Part shown: piece after piece, positions 41,561-50,925 of the stretch
Position numbering within the stretch: the first letter of the stretch is position 1
How the letters are laid out: each line of letters begins with the position of its first letter
Source: Chamaesiphon sp.
GTDB taxonomy: Bacteria; Cyanobacteriota; Cyanobacteriia; Cyanobacteriales; Chamaesiphonaceae
Reading direction: 5' to 3'
Assembly (NCBI GenBank): GCA_965246715.1
Contig: CBDFFH010000016.1
Coordinates: 1 to 50,925, forward strand
Length of the DNA stretch: 50,925 nucleotides
Position numbers and translations under genes: made by a program
Notes under the pieces: model-generated
Told to the model about the DNA's origin: nothing
Seen by the model: the letters and a program-made list of their open reading frames with translations, nothing else
Database searches by the model: none

Positions 41561-41916
41561 GACGTGTATTATGGTAAAAATTTAATTAAATAACAATCGA
41601 CAGATTGTGGTTGTGAATTTAACCCCATCGGGCGGGAATTCTAGATATTAGAACGATCTATTTTGTGAGGATCGGATCGATCTGCAACTGACAGATGGCA
41701 AACTCGAAGCTTGCGTGTCGTCATCAGACGATCGAGATCGTGATAAATTCAGCCTTGCAGTAGTCAGAAAAGGGCTTTGTAGGCGATAGTAGATGGGGAT
41801 GTATATTTCGATCTAATGTAGAGATCTGGGAATCCATTCGCTCTAATGTTTAATGCTTTCGACCTGCCTTGTCAAGGCTGCTAATCATCTTTCTCCCATG
41901 TCCTGTTGTCATCCCT

Positions 41917-44082
41917 ATGCTTATCTGCCCCTACTGTCGATCGGTAAATCCACAACATCATAATTTTTGTCAGAGTTGTGGCCGATCGTTAAAGCACAAT
42001 ATCTGTCATAGTTGTGGCTGTAACGTAGAATTTGATGCCGAACATTGTTCCCAATGCCAAGCACCAATCGGTGTCTACTGGTGGGCAATCATCGAACCAA
42101 CAGAGCAATCGATCTCTGATGCTGTAGATCTTGCTTCAGACTTAGCCGCGCCTCAGTCGGATCGGCGGCATCAACCCATCGGCGATGATGCTCCCGAGCG
42201 ACAACCGATCTTGCCAGTTTCTAGCAATCTAGATCTAGAAATTGTCGAACTAGAAACAAATCCTTGGGATTTCCCCGCTGCATTACCTACGGATTCAGCT
42301 AACGACGCACCAAATAACTTGCTGTTAGAAACACCGCTAGATGTCTTGGCAATCGATCCGTGGGATTTACCACAGCCAGCAAGTGAGCTGCTACTAAACG
42401 CTAACCCTGCTGTGACTGACACGGAGAAATTACCCGATTTAGGGAGCCATCCAGATCGGAGTGCATTCGTTGCGACTACATATCTGGATGTACAGTGTCG
42501 TTATCGATTGCTCGATCCTGTAGTTATCCAACTGCTAACGCCTCATGATTCTAGCCAAGTACGGGTAATCGATCTTCAACCTTTTAGCAACTCTTCCTTG
42601 GAGATATTAATGGAGCAAGAACCAGTCACATTAGACAGTCCTACTGTCAATCGCAAACCTGAAGAATATCGCCAATGGCAATTTTGGAATACGCATGGGA
42701 TTCCCAAGGTCGCACAGGCATATATCGCACTCCAAGTAAGTTTGCCAGGAACGATCCCCGCAATTCACGATGGTTGGGATGACGATCGGAAAACTGTCAC
42801 GGTGGTAGAAGATCGCAGTAACTGGATTCAGCTCTCAGAACGCTGGAACGATCCGCAAATTCCGTCATCGCAAACGATTTATTGGCTAGACTATACCCTC
42901 AAGTTGTGGGTGGCACTCGAACCCTGGCAAATGCGTCAAAGTTTGTTAGAAGTTGCCAATTTACTATTGGATGAAGATGCGCGGATCTGCTTTCAACGAC
43001 TTTATCCAGAACTTACCGATCGCAAGCTCAAGCTTGCCGATCTCGCCAGACTCTGGGACAACTTGTTCGAGCGTGCCAACCAACCACCCTCACTATCGTT
43101 GACAGGCTTGATTCAATCGATCGAAAGCGGCGAAATCGAGCGTGTTGAGGATGTGAGATCCCGACTACAACAAATTGCTTACGAACTCGAACCAAAACAA
43201 CTCAGCGCACCGCTTCAGCCTTCTAGTTCAGCAGATTTGAGTGTTCCAGTCGAAGCACCAACCTTTGCCATCGCCCAAAAATTAATCGACTTAGAAGACG
43301 CTGCTGCTACACATACAGGTCGCAAACGCGACCACAACGAGGATTGCTTTGGGATCGTCAGTAGGATCGATCGCCAAAATAGTCCCAAAGGTAAAAATAT
43401 TTCAGCCAAAGGTTTATACATCCTCTGCGATGGTATGGGCGGACACGCGGGTGGCGAGATTGCTAGTGCAATGACGGTGGATTTATTACGGGATTATTTT
43501 GATACGCGATGGGGAGATACGCTCCCTGATGAGCAAACAATCCGTGAGGGCATCATCACCGCCAACGAAGCTGTATTCAAAATTAATGAGAAAAATGCTG
43601 CACATGGTAGTGGCAGAATGGGTACGACGCTGGTGTTGGTATTAGTTCAAGAACAAAATATTGCGGTAGCTCATGTCGGCGATTCTAGATGTTATGGGAT
43701 TACGCCCACGCAGGGGCTGATTCAACTTACCTTGGATCATGAGGTCGGACAACAAGATATCCTCCGGGGTGTCGATCCGGAAATTGCTTACGGTCGTCCT
43801 GATTCTTATCAATTGACTCAAGCGATCGGACCACGCGATCGGAATTATATCGCGCCGGATATTAGATTTTTTGAGTTGCAAGAAGATACGCTGATCCTAT
43901 TAGCTTCAGACGGTTTGACTGACAATCAACTCCTCGAAAATTACTGGCTCACCAACGTCGCGCCACTGCTATCTGTCAACGCTAATCTCCAACATGGAGT
44001 CGAAAGATTAATCGATTTTGCCAATGAATACAACGGTCATGACAACATCACCGCGATCGTCGTCCGCGCCAAAATGGGTTAG
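41917..44082 (+). CDS. PP2C/PPM-family Ser/Thr phosphatase with N-terminal zinc ribbons
   Basis: Four CxxC pairs; GRKRDHNED, CDGMGGH, MGTTL, HVGDSR, SDGLTD and GHDNIT. Confidence 0.92.
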   Translation: MLICPYCRSVNPQHHNFCQSCGRSLKHNICHSCGCNVEFDAEHCSQCQAPIGVYWWAIIEPTEQSISDAVDLASDLAAPQSDRRHQPIGDDAPERQPILPVSSNLDLEIVELETNPWDFPAALPTDSANDAPNNLLLETPLDVLAIDPWDLPQPASELLLNANPAVTDTEKLPDLGSHPDRSAFVATTYLDVQCRYRLLDPVVIQLLTPHDSSQVRVIDLQPFSNSSLEILMEQEPVTLDSPTVNRKPEEYRQWQFWNTHGIPKVAQAYIALQVSLPGTIPAIHDGWDDDRKTVTVVEDRSNWIQLSERWNDPQIPSSQTIYWLDYTLKLWVALEPWQMRQSLLEVANLLLDEDARICFQRLYPELTDRKLKLADLARLWDNLFERANQPPSLSLTGLIQSIESGEIERVEDVRSRLQQIAYELEPKQLSAPLQPSSSADLSVPVEAPTFAIAQKLIDLEDAAATHTGRKRDHNEDCFGIVSRIDRQNSPKGKNISAKGLYILCDGMGGHAGGEIASAMTVDLLRDYFDTRWGDTLPDEQTIREGIITANEAVFKINEKNAAHGSGRMGTTLVLVLVQEQNIAVAHVGDSRCYGITPTQGLIQLTLDHEVGQQDILRGVDPEIAYGRPDSYQLTQAIGPRDRNYIAPDIRFFELQEDTLILLASDGLTDNQLLENYWLTNVAPLLSVNANLQHGVERLIDFANEYNGHDNITAIVVRAKMG

Positions 44083-44192
44083 AAATTATGAGTTATTAAT
44101 TAAATTATCCCCTGACTAGCCACCAGCCACTAGTTCTATGAACGATAGCTGTAACTGATTTTTTGCTTCCCTTAATCCTTATTCCCAATATA

Positions 44193-44235
44193 TTGACATC
44201 TACTTGCAATAGAGTTGATAATGATAGTCATTAAA
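44193..44235 (+). promoter_or_regulatory. Sigma70-type promoter overlapped by a Fur box
   Basis: TTGACA at 44193-44198; GATAATGATAGTCATTAAA at 44217-44235 matches 16 of 19 positions of GATAATGATAATCATTATC; upstream of feoA. Confidence 0.75.
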
Positions 44236-44251
44236 GCTCCAGCCAATTTAT

Positions 44252-44497
44252 ATGCCTACGCCAAATCTCGACTCCTTGGAGACTGGGGAAATTGCTACCA
44301 TTGAGTCACTCGAAAACGAACCAGGATTGCACCAACGCCTGCACGCGCTGGGTTTTCGGTATGGTCGGCAAATTCAGATGGTACGGCGGGGATGGTTGTC
44401 TGGGCCGTTGCACGTTCGGCTGGGGACGACTGAAGTGATGCTCCGCCGTCGGGAAGCGCGGGCGGTAAGAATCATGACTGTTATTCCAGGAGTCTAA
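44252..44497 (+). CDS. feoA: Ferrous iron transport protein A
   Basis: QRLHALGF...GPLHVRLG...LRRREA; directly upstream of feoB. Confidence 0.92.
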   Translation: MPTPNLDSLETGEIATIESLENEPGLHQRLHALGFRYGRQIQMVRRGWLSGPLHVRLGTTEVMLRRREARAVRIMTVIPGV

Positions 44498-44500
44498 ATT

Positions 44501-46291
44501 TTGAAACGGATCGCCCTGCTAGGAATGCCCAATACGGGTAAGTCCACTTTTTTTAATCGCTTTACAGGTGCCCATGCCAGCATTGGTAACTGGCCGGGAA
44601 TTACCGTCGATCTGATGGTTGCCAAAGTGAAACTAGGGGAAGAGGTAGCGGAGGTAGTTGACTTACCAGGAATTTACGATCTACGAGGGTTTTCCGCAGA
44701 TGAGGCGGTGGTATGTGAGTTTTTGGCAGAAACGTCGTTAAATTTAGTACTAATTATTCTCAATTCTACTCAGCTCGATCGCCAGTTGAGTTTGGCACTG
44801 CAAATCAAACACCTAAATTTACCAGCAGTTTTATTGCTGAATATGGCTGATGAGGCTCCCAAATTTGGAGTGTCGGTAGATGCAGCGGGATTGTCAGCAC
44901 GGCTGGGGATGCCTGTGGTGTTGCTGAGTGCCAAGTATGGCAATGGCTACGAACTAGCAGTATCGACGATCGCTCAGACGCTCCAGCAGCAGCCAGAACC
45001 AGTACGTGTGGGTGAATTGAAAGATCGATTTTTATCCGACAGCCAGATGTCTGTACAATTGGGGACATTATTTCAGGAAACGATCGAAGTTCGCGAGCAA
45101 ACTCAAGAGAATCTTACTACCCGAATCGATCGAGTTTTGCTCCATCCAGTTTTTGGTTTACCGATCTTCTTCGCTATCATGTTTGTAATGTTCCAGATCG
45201 TCTATGCGATCGGTACGCCAGTTCAGAAAATATTGGGCAACATCTTTGATTGGTTTAAAACAGTAGCACTCGAACCGATTCTGGCAAATGTACACCCATT
45301 TCTCAAAGCTTTTTTAATCGACGGATTGTATCAAGGGATTAGTACCGTTACGGCATTTGTGCCAGTAATTATCCTGTTCTTCTTCTGCATGGCAATTGTC
45401 GAAGATAGCGGCTATTTATCGCGATCGGCATTTTTGATGGATGCCTTTATGGAACGACTGGGATTGGATGGGCGATCGTTTGTAATGTCCTTGATGGGAT
45501 TTGGTTGTAATGTGCCAGCGATTATGGGAACGCGGGTAATGCGATCTCCAGGATTGCGATTGCTATCGATGATGGTAATTCCATTTTCCCTGTGTTCGGC
45601 ACGGCTGAATGTATTTATGTTCATGTCTACGGCATTATTTGCCCCCACAGTCGCACCTGTAGTTATTTTTAGTCTCTACTTACTCAGCTTTGCGGCGATG
45701 ATTTTAACCGCAGCATTATTTAAAGGAAAATTTGCCAGCAAAGAACCATTCGTACTAGAGTTACCACCTTATCGGTTTCCGACATTCAAACAAATTTGGT
45801 TGCGATCGTGGCGTGAAGTAAAGCATTTTATCTTTTGGTCGCGGCGGTTTATTATCTTTGGGGTGATCGCAATCTGGTTTCTAAATAATTTCCCAACTAA
45901 CGTACCTTCGGCTAGCGATCGAACTCTATCGGGAATCATCGGTACGGCTACTCAACCCTTTTTACACCCGATCGGTGTCAATCCACAATTGGCTGTGGCT
46001 TTGATTTTTGGATTCGTCGCTAAGGAAATTGTCTTGGGTGGGCTGGCAGTGATTTATCATGCCGAAGGCGATGGTTTGAGTCATGCAATCGCTAGCCAAA
46101 TTGATTGGGTACAGGCATATAGTTTTATGTTATTTACATTGTTATATACGCCTTGTCTTTCAACGGTGGCAGTATTAAAAAGCGAATCGAAGAGTTGGAA
46201 ATTTACGCTGATATCGGTAGCTTGGTCGATCGGTTTAGCGTGGCTGGCGAGCTTTATTTTTTATCAAGGTGCTAGAGCCTTGGGCTGGTAG
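44501..46291 (+). CDS. feoB: Ferrous iron transport protein B
   Basis: GMPNTGKS, GNWPGITV, DLPGIY, NMAD, GFGCNVPA and LELPPYRFP. Confidence 0.96.
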   Translation: MKRIALLGMPNTGKSTFFNRFTGAHASIGNWPGITVDLMVAKVKLGEEVAEVVDLPGIYDLRGFSADEAVVCEFLAETSLNLVLIILNSTQLDRQLSLALQIKHLNLPAVLLLNMADEAPKFGVSVDAAGLSARLGMPVVLLSAKYGNGYELAVSTIAQTLQQQPEPVRVGELKDRFLSDSQMSVQLGTLFQETIEVREQTQENLTTRIDRVLLHPVFGLPIFFAIMFVMFQIVYAIGTPVQKILGNIFDWFKTVALEPILANVHPFLKAFLIDGLYQGISTVTAFVPVIILFFFCMAIVEDSGYLSRSAFLMDAFMERLGLDGRSFVMSLMGFGCNVPAIMGTRVMRSPGLRLLSMMVIPFSLCSARLNVFMFMSTALFAPTVAPVVIFSLYLLSFAAMILTAALFKGKFASKEPFVLELPPYRFPTFKQIWLRSWREVKHFIFWSRRFIIFGVIAIWFLNNFPTNVPSASDRTLSGIIGTATQPFLHPIGVNPQLAVALIFGFVAKEIVLGGLAVIYHAEGDGLSHAIASQIDWVQAYSFMLFTLLYTPCLSTVAVLKSESKSWKFTLISVAWSIGLAWLASFIFYQGARALGW

Positions 46292-46589
46292 CTATTTTCG
46301 ATCGGGGTGATAAGTTTTAACAGGTTTATTTTATGTTTGTGGAATATAGCTTGTATGAGGTGCATGTTATGGATAATAGCTAAACCTCGCATTGACCCTA
46401 AATAAATTTACTACCGATCGACATGAAATCTCAACTACATAGGCTGGCTTTAGTTACAACTATTGCACTCGCTACATTCGTCAATCAGATTGACATTATT
46501 TACCATAGATTCGGTAAGCCCCACTGAGATCGATCGACAGATAACCGCTAAAATACTAGTAGTCTCTTCACGATAATGGAACGCTTACC

Positions 46590-47345
46590 GTGCTTTCTTA
46601 CCTCATCGCTGACTTCCGCATCATCTTCGATCGCGATCCTGCTGCACGCAACTGGTTAGAAGTGCTCTTTTGCTATCCCGGCTTGCAAGCGCTGTCACTG
46701 CATCGGTTCGCCCATTGGCTCTATGTTTTGGGTATCCCATTCTTTCCTCGCCTGATGTCGCATCTGGCGCGATTTTTTACGGGGATTGAGATTCACCCTG
46801 GCGCGACGATTGGTAAAGGGGTATTTATCGATCATGGGATGGGTGTAGTGATTGGAGAAACGGCGATAATTGGCGATTTCGCGTTGATTTATCAGGGCGT
46901 GACTTTAGGTGGTACTGGGAAGGAGACCGGAAAACGTCACCCAACCCTGGGCGAAAATGTGGTTGTGGGCGCGGGTGCGAAAGTATTGGGCAATCTCCAA
47001 ATTGGTAGTAACGTCCGCATTGGTGCGGGTTCGGTGGTATTGCGGGACGTACCGAGCGATTGTACTGTGGTCGGGATTCCAGGGCGGATCTTGTATCGAG
47101 CGGGCGAGCGCGTCGGGCCGTTGGAACATGGGAGTCTGCCAGATACAGAGGCAGAGGTGATTCGGGCATTGGTCGATCGGATCGAGAGTTTAGAGCAACA
47201 AGTACAAAAATTGCAAACCGAACAAACTTGCAATGCGATCGTCCGAGGCGAGGAAACGCCCTCAGTCGACAGTGTAGAGTTACCGCCTAGCTGTCATTTA
47301 GATGATAAAGTCATTCGTCAATTCCTGTATGGAGCGGGGATTTAG
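46590..47345 (+). CDS. cysE: Serine O-acetyltransferase
   Basis: [23 protein letters not shown] and [14 protein letters not shown]. Confidence 0.97.
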   Translation: MLSYLIADFRIIFDRDPAARNWLEVLFCYPGLQALSLHRFAHWLYVLGIPFFPRLMSHLARFFTGIEIHPGATIGKGVFIDHGMGVVIGETAIIGDFALIYQGVTLGGTGKETGKRHPTLGENVVVGAGAKVLGNLQIGSNVRIGAGSVVLRDVPSDCTVVGIPGRILYRAGERVGPLEHGSLPDTEAEVIRALVDRIESLEQQVQKLQTEQTCNAIVRGEETPSVDSVELPPSCHLDDKVIRQFLYGAGI

Positions 47346-47499
47346 GAACTTTTCAATTGGTAGATTGTCACGGTAAGGGCGATCGACATGCGATCGAGTG
47401 AGGATCGGTAGGTTAGGATTACTCTAGAGCAAAAATATCTTCGCTCTAGAAATTTAGTCAGTATCCGAGCTGCCAGCTTAAAATCCCACATCTACCGAA

Positions 47500-49576
47500 G
47501 TGACAATCCAAATAATGAAAAGATCTTTAACTGTTCTATGTTTGGGCTTAATTTCATTTGAGTTAGCTTATTTGCCCGCTCTTGCTGCTGACAACAAAGA
47601 ATATAAACAAGTCGATAAAGTCATCGCCTGCGATATCTTCATCGCAGGTGGCGGGTTTGAGCGGTACGGCTACCGCTTACGAAGGATTGCTTGCGGGCAA
47701 ACAAGTCTGCATGACGGAGATTACCGATTGGGTGGGCGGACAGATTACCGCTCAAGGGGTATCCGCATTAGACGAACGCCCTACCCAACGATCGAAAAAA
47801 TACTTCCCACGCGGTTATCTCGAATTTCGCCAACAGATTCAAGACTACTATGGCAAACTCAATCCTGGTAAATGCTGGGTCAGCGAAGCTTGCTTCATCC
47901 CCAAAGATGCCAACAATATTCTCTATGGGATGCTGCGAACTGCCGAACGCACTGGCAAAGGTAAATTACACTGGTATCCCAATACCATCGTCAAAGATTT
48001 AATTACGGGAAAACGAGGCGAGGGTCAGCAAATTAATGCGGTAGTCGCGATTCAACACCTCCCTCAGCCCGGAACTCCGCCCGTTAATAGCGAAACCCTC
48101 TCGAAAACGATCGAGGATGCTTACAATTATCAAGATTCGCCCCGGTTCCAGAAACGCAAAATAGTCTTCGTCTCACCATCTAAAACACCCCAACAGCAAA
48201 CAGCTACTCCCGCCGATTGGTATGTCGTGGATGCTACCGAGACGGGCGAACTGATCGGATTAGCCGATGTCCCTTATCGGTTGGGACTCGATGCGAGATC
48301 TTCAGACGAGCCTTCATCGGCGACTACTACAGGCGATCCTTATTGCACCCAAGGGTTTACTTATCCATTTGCGATGGAAACCACCGCTACCCCACAACCG
48401 CAAATCCCACCACCTTTTTATCAGCAGTACTCACCCTACTATAGCTACGAACTCAAGCGTCTCGCTGACTTTGGGGTAGTCTATAGCTATCGCAGGATTT
48501 GGAGTCCCGGCGAAGGTAAACAGACTAAATACGGCGGAATTAATTATACCGCTCCCAGTCCTGGCGATATCTCGATGCAAAACTGGACATGGGGAAACGA
48601 TTATCGACCTGGCAGTCCCCAAGATAATTTGATTCTCGATCGAGCGCAACTGCAAACCTCCGGTCAATTGAAACAAGGCGGTTGGATGGGTGGTTTGCGG
48701 ACGGATACCCTCCGTAAAGGCGAGGAAAACGCGCTGGGATTCTATTATTGGCTAGTCGCAGGTACCACAGATTCGCGCGCCAATCCCGACCCCAAATCAC
48801 CAAATTACTGGATAAAAACGCCCAATCTCAATCAAAAGTATTTATTTGGCTTGGATACGCCGATGGGTACGGCACATGGTTTATCCAAATATCCCTACAT
48901 CCGCGAAGGCCGCAGGATTATCGGTAGACCTACTTATGGGTACAAAGATGGCTTTGTCATCACCGAAGCCGATATGAGCCGCAATAACCTACTCGATCGC
49001 AAAAAAATGCCACCACTATCAGCCGACGAATATCGCCAGCTTAGAGCGGATTTAGCTGGGATCGACGCGATCGATGTACTAACAGAGAATAGCCTGGGCG
49101 AGACTAAGATCACTAGAAATCGATCGCGGATCTACGCTGATACAGTAGGCATCGGACACTATGCGATCGATTTTCACCCCTGTATGCAAAACAGTCCCCC
49201 CGAATCGCCGAACAATACCGAACGTGTGGGCGCGCGGCAGGGTGGCGGCGAAGCTTATCCCTTCCAAATCCCACTCCGTGCGATGATTCCGCAGAAGATC
49301 GATAATATGCTCGTAGCAGGTAAAAGTATTGCCACCAGCCACGTTGCCGCTGCTGCTTACCGGATTCATTCGTTTGAATGGTCGGCAGGTGCCGCCGCTG
49401 GCACCACCGCTGCCTTCGCGCTAGAAAAAGGGATTACCCCAGCCCAGATGGTGGCAGATCTCCCCAATCCCGCACCGCAAATTCTCGAATTACGCAGGCG
49501 GTTAGAAGATCGTAACAACCCCACTTCTTTCCCCAACACCTCGATTTTGAATAACAATTGGAAGGAATGGAAATAA
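47500..49576 (+). CDS. Secreted FAD-dependent oxidoreductase with an apparent +1 frameshift at 47653-47658
   Basis: Signal peptide; removing one base from GGGTTT restores DIFIAGGGLSGTATAYE; also WVGGQ, DATETGE, YIREGRRI and LVAGKSI. Confidence 0.85.
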
Positions 49577-49683
49577 ATGGGGAATTATGAATTATGAATA
49601 TACTGGAACTCAGTATTCCGTAAGGTTAAACATGGTATCAACAGATCTTAATTAAGTCCAGGTTGACATAACATATTTTTAAA

Positions 49684-49728
49684 TAGTGTTAGGCTTAAAC
49701 CCTGATGGTGGGTAGTGTCCCACCCCAC
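49684..49728 (-). repeat. Diverged GTAG-type REP-like sequence
   Basis: Reverse complement GTGGGGTGGGACACTACCCACCATCAGGGTTTAAGCCTAACACTA aligns with 31331-31374. Confidence 0.65.
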
Positions 49729-50320
49729 GACTTTATTGCCGATCTTCGAGCACGTGTCACGATTCAAGGTATCCTAAGTGACTAAATAATCATCATGAAT
49801 CGACCGACAGACAGAGGCATTTCTGAAATAGAACTCAATTCATAATTCAAGTACATTTTAAACATGGTAGTTCAATCGACTGGAAAAGTCCAGTCAGGAA
49901 CAATCCAAAAGCCTCTATCCAAACTTTAACAGTTATTGTCTTAGATGGATTGACTTTAATACCTTTCGAGCACGCTTCACTAATTGTTTGATGCGCTTAT
50001 ATTTAACCCAGGCATGACCGCTAGTCCAAGCGACTCCTGGAAACTGATTAGAATCGAAGTACATAGGATTGAAGCGTAGTGCAATCGTCAACAAGTTGGG
50101 CCGCATTGAGCATATGCTTTCGAACTCTACCACCAACAGGTTACGCCATCGCTAGAAAGATTGACGATGAGCACCGCTCGAAGTATGCTTATTATTTGTT
50201 AGCCGAACGAACTAGCGGAATGTGGGATTTAACCACATAGCTAACCTAAGTTGCTACCAATAGAACGCCCACGATTGTGTCTTGTTGCGCTGTCTTGTCG
50301 TTTTTTCTATTCGGAGGGAA

Positions 50321-50498
50321 CCTACGAATAAAAACGCCGCTTTTTACGTCGGGAAACAAAGGCGTGCGCGCACCGCAAATCGTGGCTAATGTTGCAAAGT
50401 CCGGTTGTTGCCGCGAGCGGCAAAAGCCTGCCTTCGCGGACTAATAAACTAGTCCGCGAAGGCGGACTTTGCATTCCGAGGAGCGGTTTCTAACCGCT
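50321..50498. repeat. REPIN-like double palindrome carrying two small insertions
   Basis: Colinear with 31225-31330 except for inserts at 50331-50376 and 50403-50429. Confidence 0.7.
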
Positions 50499-50537
50499 TA
50501 GGTTGTAGGTAGCAACTTGGGTTAGCTAGCAGCTTTT

Positions 50538-50925
50538 TCAAACAGAATGTTGGATATTTTCGCTGTGACAATCGCTGGGTTCGACGATCGCCCGAAGTTT
50601 ATTAAATAGATATAATTTTCCAGGTGGCGGATGGCGATCGATATCGCTCGGTTCTCGATCGGCGCTGCGCTCGGGGACTGATGGGATTAGCGAAACCGAT
50701 CGATCTAAAGTCTCGGCATTTGGCGCGGACACGAGTATCGTTTGGTCTAATTCTGCTGATGAATTGGTATCTCGATCGCCAGGTGGAACGTGCGACTAAA
50801 ATCGATCGATCGTGATGCTGGAAGGGTGCCGACTCTTCGGGGTTAAGCTGCTCTGGTGGTGCTGGAGCGCTGACGGGTAATTCTCGTTCTGGGTTGCCAA
50901 CTGGTGAGGGGATCGAAGTTATCGG
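50538..50925 (-). CDS. Possible 3' end of a Pro-rich hypothetical gene running off the window; frame uncertain
   Basis: One minus frame is open from the window edge (PITSIPSPVGNPERELP...); the adjacent frame ends at 50538. Confidence 0.3.

Noticed and set aside
49864..50153. Degraded gene (vaguely Uma2-like) or the 67 aa minus-strand ORF
   Set aside because: Multiple stops in the plus frames and no convincing motif; cannot be supported without a search.

Overview
Chromosomal window from a beta-cyanobacterium (beta-carboxysome genes; very dense HIP1 GCGATCGC/CGATCG sites; a Chamaesiphon-like organism is only my guess). In order it carries: the 3' end of glnN, cytM, the ndhF4-ndhD4-cupB CO2-uptake operon, petG, rsmD, a DnaJ/CbpA gene, hemB, and an unusually complete carboxysome locus (ccmK2-K1-L-M-N-mcdA-mcdB-ccmK3-K4-O). 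Then come rplJ-rplL with an L10 leader but no rplKA upstream, and a candidate biosynthetic cluster (cytochrome b5-fused desaturase, Pks18-like type III PKS, PvdE-type ABC exporter with a His/Pro-rich insert, lipoprotein). The rest is an FHA-ABC transporter, tRNA-Leu(CAA) overlapping an M48 peptidase gene, an iscA-like gene, a PP2C phosphatase, Fur-boxed feoAB, cysE and an FAD oxidoreductase. The intergenic DNA holds four MITE-like elements with shared terminal inverted repeats and TAnnTA target sites, plus nested REP/SDR-like palindromes. Several +1 frameshifts at base doublings look like sequencing errors. Family assignments come from motif recognition only; no database search was run.
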